Below, in pieces: positions 49,334-59,019 of a stretch of 64,000 nt of DNA (the stretch's first letter is position 1; each line of letters opens with the position of its first letter). The stretch lies in IMG/VR virus record IMGVR_UViG_3300017971_000203; one strand, given 5' to 3'. The position numbers were made by a program, and so were the translations under genes. Source of the DNA: a virus. The notes beneath the pieces are model-generated. The model was not told where the DNA came from, searched no databases, and saw nothing but the letters and a program-made list of their open reading frames with translations.

Positions 49334-50335
49334 TCAGAAGCTCTTCGTCCAAACCTGCGGCTCTCCCGTACATCCCGTCTCCTTATGCCTCAGAGCCTGC
49401 ACGGCGTGCCTGAAAATAGAGTGGGCATCGAGCTGCTGCATCAGCGCCTTGACGTCGAATGCCGGCCCGAAGCGCTGCGTCCTGTATCGGCCCTGGATCA
49501 GGCCTCGGAACTTGCTGGCCACCGTGACAAAGAACGACTGCCGCAAGCTCTTCTCGAGCCTCTTGATATGCGACACCCAGGCGTCCGCCTCGGGACCCGA
49601 GACGTTCGTCACACCTGTCCACGACCCTCGGTCATGTCCGTTGAAGACGAAGCGGTCATGCAACGCCCATGCGATTCGATCGGCGTTCCTCTCCTCGTCC
49701 TTCCAGTGCATGGGGAGCACCCGCCAATGCTCCCACGGTGGTAGGGAGCCGGGCGGCGACGGGATCCAGGCGCGAGCTGCCCGATCGGCCTGTTTCCGAG
49801 TGCACCCCAGGAGAACGGCGATGTCCGAGGCCCGCAGCCCGTAAGGCCAGGCGGATCGAATGCAACCGTAGGCAGCCTGCTTTCGGCTCTCCGCCTCGTA
49901 ACCCTGGACGAACCCGTTGCAGAAGGAGTCGCTCAGGTTCATGCCGCTGGAATACGGCAGCCCTGGAGCGAAGAACCGGATGTCCTCCCGGGTCGCCACC
50001 GCGTAGCGGGCCTTCACCCAGGCGGGGAACCAGGCCCGAAGAGGGGGATCTATCGAAGGCTTGTGCACAGTGCCCTTTGCAGGCGCTCTGAGCCGCAGGA
50101 AGAGCTCGGCCGCCCTGGCGGATAGCTCGGAACCCCCCTCCCTCAGAGAGCCCTCATAGAGCTCCTGGGCGTGCTGCTTGATGGGTTCCCACCGTCCTTG
50201 TTCACGGAGCTCCTGGACGAGTCCGTTGTAGTCGTCGCTGTCACGACGACGGAGCTCATGGAAGTACATCCGGGCGGCGTCATCGTCTCCGCCTTCCAGG
50301 GCGTCCTGCTTAATGCGACGCAGATCAATAGGCAT
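49334..50335 (-). CDS. Hypothetical protein with shared N-terminal motif
   Basis: LRRIKQDALEGGDDDAARMYFHELRR. Confidence 0.6.
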   Translation of the reverse strand: MPIDLRRIKQDALEGGDDDAARMYFHELRRRDSDDYNGLVQELREQGRWEPIKQHAQELYEGSLREGGSELSARAAELFLRLRAPAKGTVHKPSIDPPLRAWFPAWVKARYAVATREDIRFFAPGLPYSSGMNLSDSFCNGFVQGYEAESRKQAAYGCIRSAWPYGLRASDIAVLLGCTRKQADRAARAWIPSPPGSLPPWEHWRVLPMHWKDEERNADRIAWALHDRFVFNGHDRGSWTGVTNVSGPEADAWVSHIKRLEKSLRQSFFVTVASKFRGLIQGRYRTQRFGPAFDVKALMQQLDAHSIFRHAVQALRHKETGCTGEPQVWTKSF

Positions 50336-50697
50336 CGGCGTCTACCCTCAGACGTCCAGAACTTCTTCTGCCGCTTTCAGGGCAGGATCGGGAGACGGGT
50401 GGGCCGCTTCGTCTGCGAAGATTGACATCTTCTGCGTCAGGTTCGCCGTGATGTCGAGCGCCTGGGACTGCCTCCGATTCATCTCCAGCTGCAGGGTCGA
50501 ACGCACGATCTCGACCATCATGGGCCCGGCCACAACAGGGTCCCGAACATCGAGCTCCTCGGTCGCTTCCATGGCGCCCCTCATGAGGGCTACCACCCGA
50601 TCGAAACTGTCGCGCATCTCTTCGGGTACGTGCTCACTCACTTTCGCCTCCTTCCGTGTTGTGTACCGCCCCTGGATCGGACGATCCAGACCTCGGC

Positions 50698-50726
50698 AGC
50701 CTATCCGGTCGGAAACGAATTGTCAA
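50698..50726 (-). promoter_or_regulatory. sigma70-type promoter followed by palindromic site
   Basis: TTGACA-17-TAGGCT; palindrome at 50674-50687. Confidence 0.75.
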
Positions 50727-51139
50727 GCAGCTTGTGAGCGCCCGTCCGGCCAGATGATGAAGCACGTCTTCTTCTGGCGCCGCGCTTCTCGGATGGTGGC
50801 CCAGGTACCTGAACGGAGTTCTTCTGCGAAGCTCTTGGGAGTGGCAAAGAGGACGTCGCAACACCGAACGATGTCCTTGTTGCGCTCGAGGTAGGGCTTC
50901 TCTGGATATTCGTAGTCTGCTCGGCAGAAGGCGCGCTTGTTCGGGATGGACGGTGGATGCAGAAGCACCGAGATGTCCAGTTCCCGGGCCACAGCGTGCG
51001 CTTGTTCGTCCGCGCCGACACAGTCCCCATGATGGAGCGCCTCGATTCTGAGAGCCGCCAGGAGCTCTCTGAGGCGCTTTCCCTGGGCCCTCGTCATGAA
51101 GGCCTGGGTGCCTGTGAAGCCTGCGATCACGGGACTCAC
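50723..51139 (-). CDS. SLOG-superfamily (YspA/DprA-like) protein
   Basis: GFTGT, HHGDCVGADEQAH, RNKDIV, SGTWATIREARR. Confidence 0.78.
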   Translation of the reverse strand: MSPVIAGFTGTQAFMTRAQGKRLRELLAALRIEALHHGDCVGADEQAHAVARELDISVLLHPPSIPNKRAFCRADYEYPEKPYLERNKDIVRCCDVLFATPKSFAEELRSGTWATIREARRQKKTCFIIWPDGRSQAA

Positions 51140-52315
51140 CAGTCCTCGTCTTCGGGAATGACCTCGTACTCGGCGCCGCACTCCCCGCAGTACTCCTCCC
51201 CGGTCCCCCACTCGAGCTCGATGTGGGAAGCCGAGCAGCAGTCGCAGATCCACTCATTGCAGTCGAGGCACCGCCGTACACCGGACTCGTTGCAGAACGC
51301 GCACTCGTGCACGGGCTCTTCCGGCTCGGTGGCAGGCTCGGGCATATCCACCTTGGCACCGAGCGCCTGTGCGAGCAGGGCGTGGAGCATCGGCACCATG
51401 TAGGGGCGCGTTGCCACACCGCGGGCATCGCTCTCGAGGAGAGCCTTGACCTGCGCGGCGATCTCATCGATCTCGTCCACGCCGGACCCGTAGGGTGCAT
51501 CCATGTTCGAGCACTGACACTCGAACCAGTTACCGCCGCACGCCGAGCACTCTTTCTGTTCCCACGTCATCTCAGTCTCCTGCCGGCGCCGCAGGGCACC
51601 GGACATCGGTCAGGGCCATTCGATGTGGATGATCTCCCCGAACTCGATCGGGGTGTCGGGCCCGATCACGACCGGGGGCTTGTCCGCCGAAGGCACCAGG
51701 CGGAAAGACCCGTTCGGGGCACGGTACTCCCCGTTGGGCCCGGGGAACGAGTTCCCGGGGCGGGACTGGTAGACCCGACACAGCTCGGGGTCGCCGCCGT
51801 CGACCTTGCAGACGTGCAGGTCGCCGTTCCCCAGGAACTGGGCCGGACGGACGGTGAGGATGGTGTTGAAAGCGTTGAGTGTGTAGGTGTTGTCGGTCAT
51901 CGTGTTCCCCTCCGTTGGAACGGTGAACGCGCCGAAGCGCGTGGAAGAGCTCAGGACCCGAGGGCCACCTGAGCGATGAGGTGGGGGTTGCGGGCCCCCG
52001 CGGCAATCGCCTGGAGCGCGAACGCCCGGACACGGGCATCGAGAGCCTCAGCGTCGCCGTGGAGCCGGTTGGCCGCGTCGTGGCGGCCCTCGGAGCCCTC
52101 CCGGACACCCTTGGTGCGCAGGAGCATGATGGCGCGCTGCAGGTGCAGCACGGTGGTGTGTGTGACGCTGACGCGGTCCTCGTGCGCGTTCATGATAGCG
52201 ACCGCGACGCAGTAGACGTCGTTGTTGCGGGTATTGGCGACGATGGTGGTGTCGGTAGTAGCGTTCATGGTGTGTCTCCCCTCCGTTGGAGTGTTCGCCG
52301 CGTCAACTGAGGCTA

Positions 52316-52343
52316 AGTATACGCCTTCCGACGCGAGTGTCAA
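52316..52343 (-). promoter_or_regulatory. sigma70-type promoter
   Basis: TTGACA-16-TATACT. Confidence 0.7.
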
Positions 52344-52367
52344 CGGGAAAATGAAAAAGATCGCTCT

Positions 52368-53267
52368 TCACCGCTTTCTCTTCCAAGTGCGCATTTTCAC
52401 TACGTTCGACACGGTCGTCCAGTTGACGCCGAAGGCCAGGGCGAGGTTGCTGATGAGCATCCCCTCCTTGTGGCAGCGTCGGATCTCGTCCACGTCGTCC
52501 CAGGTGAGCTTCGCCCGGCCGTGACGCTCCCCGGAGGCGTTGCGTCGGTTCTTCACGCGCTGCTCGAGGGCTTCCTTGTAGGTACCGGCCCGCAAGTGTC
52601 TCGGGGTGACGCACCAGGTGTTGCCACAGGCGTGGTAGACGACCTGCCCCTTCTCGAGGCGCCCGACAAACATCTCATAGGAAGCTCGGTGGGCCCGGGG
52701 ACGGTCTCCGTCCACCCGGATGAACTCCCCGAAGCCGTCCCGGCTCAACGAGAGAGGCCAGCGGCAGCAGTCATTGAGCCGCAGAAACTGCCCCTCCTTC
52801 TCCGGGTCCACTCCGATGATACCGAGGAACTTGCGACGGTTCCGGTCTTTCAACCACAGCACCGCTTCCAGGACCTCTTTCTCGTGCACCTGGTAGGCGT
52901 AGTGTGCCCAGTCCATGCTGCAGCGGGCGCGCTGGGCTATCTCGACCACGTCCGCCATGTCGATCTTGATGGGCCTTCGGGGGAGCTTCGGAGGCGTCCG
53001 GTACGTCCACGGGGTCGGCAGCCCTCGGATGATCCGCTGCTTCTCGGCTCTGGGGAGCCGTTTGAAAGCGTACTCGGATCGTAGCGCTTCACTCTTCGTC
53101 CCACACTTCTGCGACCACACCAGCTTCACGGGGCGCCTCGAGCGGGTGTACTTCGCGCCCCGCTTGGCTGTGTTGTGAGCCTCTGTGCGTCGGATGGGAT
53201 CAGTGCTCACCCCGGCGTAGTAGGTTCCGTCCCGGCACAATAAAACATATAAGTACCAGTCCTCCAC
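52368..53267 (-). CDS. GIY-YIG nuclease fused to HNH-like domain and HTH
   Basis: WYLYVLLCRDGTYYAG...RGAKYTR; RAHRASYE...HACGNTWCVTPRHL; GERHGRAKLT. Confidence 0.85.
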   Translation of the reverse strand: MEDWYLYVLLCRDGTYYAGVSTDPIRRTEAHNTAKRGAKYTRSRRPVKLVWSQKCGTKSEALRSEYAFKRLPRAEKQRIIRGLPTPWTYRTPPKLPRRPIKIDMADVVEIAQRARCSMDWAHYAYQVHEKEVLEAVLWLKDRNRRKFLGIIGVDPEKEGQFLRLNDCCRWPLSLSRDGFGEFIRVDGDRPRAHRASYEMFVGRLEKGQVVYHACGNTWCVTPRHLRAGTYKEALEQRVKNRRNASGERHGRAKLTWDDVDEIRRCHKEGMLISNLALAFGVNWTTVSNVVKMRTWKRKR

Positions 53268-53735
53268 AGCGTCCTCACGGAGCACAGGTGACGACGTAGA
53301 ACCGGAGCGCGAAAATGCCCACGATGATCAAACCGTAGAAGAAGAGCACGATCGCAGCTTCTCTGAACAAAGCCTTCCGCGGCCGCTTCATGGTTCAGCC
53401 CTCGTCGATGAAGAGGTCCCTCAGCTCATCCCCCACTTTCGTGAGAGCGTAGCAGACTTCCGTTCCCGGCATGGACAGCTTCGCCGCAGCACAAACCTCG
53501 TCGTAGACCCGCCGCACCCCCTCCTGGAAAGCGCCCCGGGGGTCCTGCGCCGTGGGAGCCTGGTTCACGTCTTCGCCCCAGTGCCCCACGCTCAGGTCCG
53601 GGTGGTGCTCCTCTTCCAGGTCCTTGCCGTCGAGCAAGTACTCCTGGACGAGGGCTTCGGGAGCGGTGTCGTTGGCGTTGATGAGCCCGTACTCGGACAT
53701 CCACCTGGCGAACTGCAAGAGCGTGTCCCTCTCGG

Positions 53736-54878
53736 TCATCGAGGCCTCCTGTGGTCCGGGTAGCCGGGTGTGCTCCGCACCAGGCGCGTAGCGGTGCACC
53801 ACCGGCAGTCGCACTCCGGATCCGGGTCGTCGATCATGCCCTGGTACTCGCACTCGTCGTTCTCGCAGTAGGCTGCCAGCGCGTCCACGAAGTCCAGACG
53901 CAGGCTCTTCCGCTGAAGCTTGTCTTCCAGCTCCTCAACTTCGGCCGGCGTGGGCTGCGCTATCCACGCCTCCACGTTCTTCGGGGGCGGAGGAGGCTCG
54001 ACCGAGCAACCCATCGAAAAAGCCCGCTGCATCGCTGGCGGAGACGGCTTCGCGACCTCCCGGACTCCTTTTCGCACTTTGAGGTACTCGTCCACCCTCC
54101 AGAGCGCCCGATCTGCCCACGCGCGATCCGAGTCTTTCTCCTCTTCGGACAGGTCGACGTAGTCGGTGTCGATTTGCTCCCGCCAGCGCAGAACACAGTC
54201 GAGCTTTTCGAAGTCCTCCGAATACGAACCACCAGAGCGCTCGTGAGCTCTACAGAACGGGAAACTCGCTACGATATCGTCGCGAAGACTGTCCAGCATG
54301 CACTGTGTCCAGTGCGCCCACTGGTCGTGCTCGAGCGTCGCAAACGTCTCCCGGAGGTGTTCCCTCGCCGCCTGCTCCATCTCCTGCATCCGAAACGGAT
54401 TCGGCGTGCCGTCTGCTCGAAGGATCGGCAACGGGGCCACATCGAAAGACACGTTGGTCGCCGCGAAGTCGTCCTGGACCACTCCGTCCTTGACGCTCCC
54501 GTAACCGTCGAGTCCTGCACGTATTTCGTACTTGCACCCGGCCTCGTCGTAGGCGGGCAGCGTCCTTTCGAGTTGACGGCGGAGAGCCCTGCCATCCGGG
54601 GTGTCCAGTACCTCCGAAGTACAACGGACCACACCGTCTTCCTCCAGGCGGAGGTCCGCCACCACGAACGCGACTTTTTCCATCTTCAGCCGCCCCCCAA
54701 CAGGCCCGATCGTACCGAACGCTTTCCGGGCCTCTATGTTCGGTTGCCATTTCTCGATGGCCTGCTCGAGACACTCCCGTGTGAAAATGCGTCCACTCAC
54801 ATCCCGGGGCTTGTCCGCTTCCAGGACATCGAACGTGAAGAAGAGCTTTTCCCCGTCTTTCTTGGTTTTCACCGGCAT
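53736..54878 (-). CDS. T4 gp21-like prohead protease homolog (catalytic residues apparently lost) fused to RyR-like domain
   Basis: GRIFTRECLEQAI, EVLDTPDG, GYGSV...VQDDF...FDV; EHDQW...YVDLSEEEKDSDR. Confidence 0.7.
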   Translation of the reverse strand: MPVKTKKDGEKLFFTFDVLEADKPRDVSGRIFTRECLEQAIEKWQPNIEARKAFGTIGPVGGRLKMEKVAFVVADLRLEEDGVVRCTSEVLDTPDGRALRRQLERTLPAYDEAGCKYEIRAGLDGYGSVKDGVVQDDFAATNVSFDVAPLPILRADGTPNPFRMQEMEQAAREHLRETFATLEHDQWAHWTQCMLDSLRDDIVASFPFCRAHERSGGSYSEDFEKLDCVLRWREQIDTDYVDLSEEEKDSDRAWADRALWRVDEYLKVRKGVREVAKPSPPAMQRAFSMGCSVEPPPPPKNVEAWIAQPTPAEVEELEDKLQRKSLRLDFVDALAAYCENDECEYQGMIDDPDPECDCRWCTATRLVRSTPGYPDHRRPR

Positions 54879-55684
54879 GGCGACCTCCTATGCTGTCGAC
54901 TCTCTGTTGAGAGGGCACCACGAAGGCGCTTTGCGCTCCCCCAGGCCCCTGATGACCCTGTTCGCCCTGTCGCAGAAGTGCACCAGGGAGGGGTCTGCCC
55001 GTGACAGCGCGGTCAGATCGTGGAAGCCACAGTGCTCGCACTCGTGGGGGCCTTCTTTCAGCTTCCGGGCGTAGGCATTGCCCAGCTCTTCCCGCAGCGC
55101 CCCCTCCCGCAGGCCGGTCCCGTCGTCTTTCCCCAAGAGCCCCCGAGCCCAGACGTTCCAGGCACGCAAGGCTCCCTTCAGGCGCTTGACCTCGGCTTCG
55201 AGTTTCGAGATCTGTACCCGCGGACTCTGTTCCATCGTTTTGTCCCACTCCCGCCGGAACTCTTCATCCGACATGGAACCGCCGTCGCTGAATCCATCCG
55301 ACATGTCAGACTCCTATGCCTTCTCTTTCGGACGGGCCCGCTGGACAGCGTTGAGGATCTTGAGCGAGAGCTCGATCTCCTTGAACGTCTGAGCCTGGAC
55401 CCGGGTGAAACTGACCTCGCTGCGGACGCACATGCGCAAGCGGTGCATCTGCAACTGGTAGAGCTTCACGAGCTCGTCTTCCAGCCCGAAATCGCCCTCG
55501 ACCGGCTTCCCCATCTCCATGAGGAGCTTCAGGAGGTCCCTACGGATCTCGTCCGGGGTGGGCTTCTCCTCTTTCTTCAGCATCATCCGTCTCCTCGAAG
55601 CGCCGTTTCACGCGCTCCATGATGTTGTCGTAGATACGCTGTGCTGCTTCAGCGTCTGCTTGGGGCTCGCCTGACCGGAAGGGC

Positions 55685-55996
55685 TCAGTCGTCGGCCAAC
55701 GGGTCCTCGAACTCATTGGTCTCCTCTTCCCAGAACTCGATCTTGCACTGCGGCTTCCCGTCTCTCATCGGAACGAAAAAGTCTTCACCAAACTCCGGGA
55801 TCTCCGTGCCCTTGTAGTGCTTCCTCACGTTCTGCAGGAGCTGGTGTGCTTCCATGGGGGGCCGGTTGCCGACCTCCACGTAAAAGACCCGCCGCCGAAC
55901 GGCCCCCTCCAGGGCCTCCAGGTGGTGCTCTTGCACGAGATCGTCCTCACCTTGCGGGGTGGACGCAATGACCTTCATCTTCAGCTTCCTCGCCAT
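55685..55996 (-). CDS. Stand-alone T4 gp20-like portal clip-region protein
   Basis: RRVFYVEVGNRPPMEAHQLL...EDFFVPMRDGK. Confidence 0.7.
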   Translation of the reverse strand: MARKLKMKVIASTPQGEDDLVQEHHLEALEGAVRRRVFYVEVGNRPPMEAHQLLQNVRKHYKGTEIPEFGEDFFVPMRDGKPQCKIEFWEEETNEFEDPLADD

Positions 55997-56961
55997 CTCC
56001 GAACTCCTCACGCAAGGCTTTATCGAGCTCTGCTTCCAGGGCCACGCCCTTGGTCATCCAGGTCTTGATGTTCCGTTCGATCACTTCCCAGGGCACCCCT
56101 CGGGAGTCCAGTTGAGCCGCTGCCCGTCCCAGCTCGATGGACAACTCCCGGAGCATTCCCCCGACTGCGTCCGTGTCCAGGGTTGTTGGGTTGTAGACCT
56201 CCTTGAAGGTACTTCTCAGGGCCATGTACGGCTTCATCCAACCCTCGGGGGCCAACACCAAAAGGCGGTCCCGTAACGCCCAGGACCCTTCCCGAGCCGC
56301 TCTTCGACGCTCTCTTCGAAGCCCACGTTCTCGGTAGTCAGGTCCTGCCCCCGGAAAAACACCCGGAGAACCACTCGGTCCTCCCTGTCCACGGCTATCA
56401 CCAGGGCCGCGAAAGGACCCTCGTAGCTCGTCCGGTTCAAGGAGTCGCGCCTGTAGTAATGCACTATTAGTCCGACAGTCGGCTTCACCTCCACCTCCCT
56501 GCGTCCTGCGGTCTCCTGGTCTGGCGCCGTCGTTCTCTACGATGCAACCAGCGCAACGTATCGTGCTTTGACGTAAGCCCTTTCGGTAAGTGCCTGAGTT
56601 TGAACGGGGGAGGTGCAGAGCGCCCGTACACCAGCGGATGGAAGGCTCCGTAGCCGGTCCCTCTGTCCCGGTGGAAAACCGTCTCTGTACGACCGTCGCT
56701 GTGGATTCTGACAACCAGGGTGCCCAAGGTCGCCGTGCCATTGACCCACATCACGAAGCGTTCTCGGCGACGCTGTTCACCAGAGCCGACATGGAATCAC
56801 CCAGCACAGCCATGGTCGCTTCCAGCCGGCCCACATCCGGGATCACGGCGTCGTCCAGCTCACCCAGGAGTGCCTGCAGCTCCTCCAGGTGGACCTGCAA
56901 CGCCATGCATGTCTCGTAGAGTTCATCATGCCCCACGAGGAGCATCTTCTTGAGGAAGGGC

Positions 56962-57396
56962 TTAGTCTCCATGTGCGTATACCCCAATCTTGCAGCCCGT
57001 AAGAGAGCGCCGCACCGTTCGCGTGGCCTCTTCCACGAGGCGCTCGTTGATGTCGTTCCGCTCGCGCCCGGCCCGGTACATCCGGCTCAGCACCCCTGGG
57101 ACAAAAGGATCGATGAGCTGGACCTGGGGGAGTCTCCCGATGGCGTAAGGGTCCAGGATGAACCTGTGGTCTCCGTCCGCGATCACCAGCCAACTGTGGT
57201 CGACAATCCCGAAACAACCATCTTTCACAAGCATGTCCCGGTTCGGGTCCAGACAGTTGCGCACGATTCTCGCCACTTCGTGGCACCGGATCCAGCCCTG
57301 CTTCAGGTCTGGGATGTACCTCACCACCCTCTCGGCCCATTCGAGCTGCGCCAGCGCCCTCAGCGTGAAGAGCTCCATCTCGGCGTAGTTCCTCAC
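56962..57396 (-). CDS. Hypothetical protein (transglutaminase-like C/H/D spacing)
   Basis: RCHEVAR, HSWL, ILDPY. Confidence 0.55.
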   Translation of the reverse strand: MRNYAEMELFTLRALAQLEWAERVVRYIPDLKQGWIRCHEVARIVRNCLDPNRDMLVKDGCFGIVDHSWLVIADGDHRFILDPYAIGRLPQVQLIDPFVPGVLSRMYRAGRERNDINERLVEEATRTVRRSLTGCKIGVYAHGD

Positions 57397-57754
57397 CGCT
57401 CACCCTCTGGTGGATGGAGAACGAAGCGGGCCTTCACATCGTCCTTCCCGTCCTTCACCTCGATCACCTGAACGTTCATCAACTGGCGGAATAGATCGCC
57501 GAACATGGTCGACAGAAGCACCTTCGTGTGGTGATGGGCTTCCAGCTCCCCCACAGTGGGCTCGGGACAGACCTCTTCGAAGATAACATCCATCATGATG
57601 TCGAAGCCCGCGGCCGACATCCACCTCTTGGTCGGGATGCCCTTGTGCTCGGCCACGAAAGCCTGCACCTTCTCTTCCAGGCGCTTCCCTATCTCGGCCT
57701 CGTTGTCCCGTATGATCGCGACGCACTGGTCAGGATGCTTCAGCAGGGGCATGG

Positions 57755-58159
57755 TCAGTTCCTCTGGATGGTGTTGCGGAGCTCCTGGACCTTGATCTCC
57801 CCCTCCATCCCCTGCAGGAACGAGGTGAAGTGGTCCTGCCCCTTCTTCTTCGCGAAGAGCAGCAGGGCGTTCATCTCTTTGGGGGTGCCGCCCTCTGCCA
57901 AGAACATGCTCTGCCAGAAGCACATCTCGGCACAGAGCGCCATGAAGATCGAAGCGCAGTGCTCAAGGTGGTAGTCCTCCGGGACAAGGCGCTCGGTGAT
58001 TTTCTGGACCTCTTCCGCGTAGGTCCCCGCGAACTCGAGCCGGGCGGAGAGCCGAATCTGCTGCTCCTCGTCAGTCTCATCATCCCTACGGATGGGCAGC
58101 TGAAAAGCCTCCGGCTTCTCTTCGACCTCTTCCTGGCCGTCTCTCTCTTCGTCACTCAT
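57755..58159 (-). CDS. Hypothetical protein
   Basis: 134 aa. Confidence 0.6.
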   Translation of the reverse strand: MSDEERDGQEEVEEKPEAFQLPIRRDDETDEEQQIRLSARLEFAGTYAEEVQKITERLVPEDYHLEHCASIFMALCAEMCFWQSMFLAEGGTPKEMNALLLFAKKKGQDHFTSFLQGMEGEIKVQELRNTIQRN

Positions 58160-58505
58160 CGCCGTCCCCTTTCCGAAGAGGTACCACCTTTAGGTGCGTA
58201 CTCTTCTTCGGTTCCTGTGTTTGCTCCCAGAGCTCTGTACGGTGCTCGGTGAAGTCTACCACGGGAGGCGGTGGGCGCCGACCTGGCTCGAAAACGGACA
58301 CATCACACGTGAGCTTTTCCCACACGAGCTCCATCGCCACTTGAGCCTCCCCACGAGTCCCCCGAAACACGATGACACCGTTATCACTCTCCCCTTGCAG
58401 CGACACCCTGAGAATGTAGTAGGCGTCTCCATCCCAAATTGTCGCCAGGGTCTCGTTTCCCCCAACGGTGTGGATGTCGCCGTCTTGGTCTCTCAGAATG
58501 AACAC
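58152..58505 (-). CDS. Hypothetical protein
   Basis: SD GGAGGT. Confidence 0.6.
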   Translation of the reverse strand: MFILRDQDGDIHTVGGNETLATIWDGDAYYILRVSLQGESDNGVIVFRGTRGEAQVAMELVWEKLTCDVSVFEPGRRPPPPVVDFTEHRTELWEQTQEPKKSTHLKVVPLRKGDGDE

Positions 58506-58536
58506 GACACCTCCAACGTAGCCAGCCGCCCAAGCA

Positions 58537-59019
58537 TCAATTCACCTCCAGCCTTGGCCCGGAGTAAGCCGCGTCAAGCCCGGCTTGGAACTCAGCTCGG
58601 AACGTGGCCTTGAGCTCTTCGTCCTGGAGCCCCCTCAGAACGCGCTCGAGTATGGTTCTCCCCCAGACGTTGGGACTCCCCTCGCTCATCTCCCACAGCC
58701 CCGGGTTCCGGCCAGAAGCGTATCCGAGGCCGGCTTCCGTGAGCGGTAGCGGATCACCGTCCAACCACAGGACGTCGACCGCACCCGGGAGGAACATGAA
58801 AACCGCCATGAAGAACTCTTCATAGGATACTTCAGCCCACCTCACGGGGTGTCTGGCGAAGGCCTCCATGTCGCCTTTCACTTCATCGGCCCAGTCCGAG
58901 CGGGGCTCCACGGTGGTATAGCCCACCCGGAGCGTGCCGCCGTCCTCGGTAGCCATCACCGAGAATACCGCCTTCCCCTCTTTGGTCTGCTGCACCCAGA
59001 CACCGCTTTGTTCATCCAC
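58537..59019 (-). CDS. Hypothetical protein
   Basis: SD AAGGAG. Confidence 0.6.
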   Translation of the reverse strand: MDEQSGVWVQQTKEGKAVFSVMATEDGGTLRVGYTTVEPRSDWADEVKGDMEAFARHPVRWAEVSYEEFFMAVFMFLPGAVDVLWLDGDPLPLTEAGLGYASGRNPGLWEMSEGSPNVWGRTILERVLRGLQDEELKATFRAEFQAGLDAAYSGPRLEVN

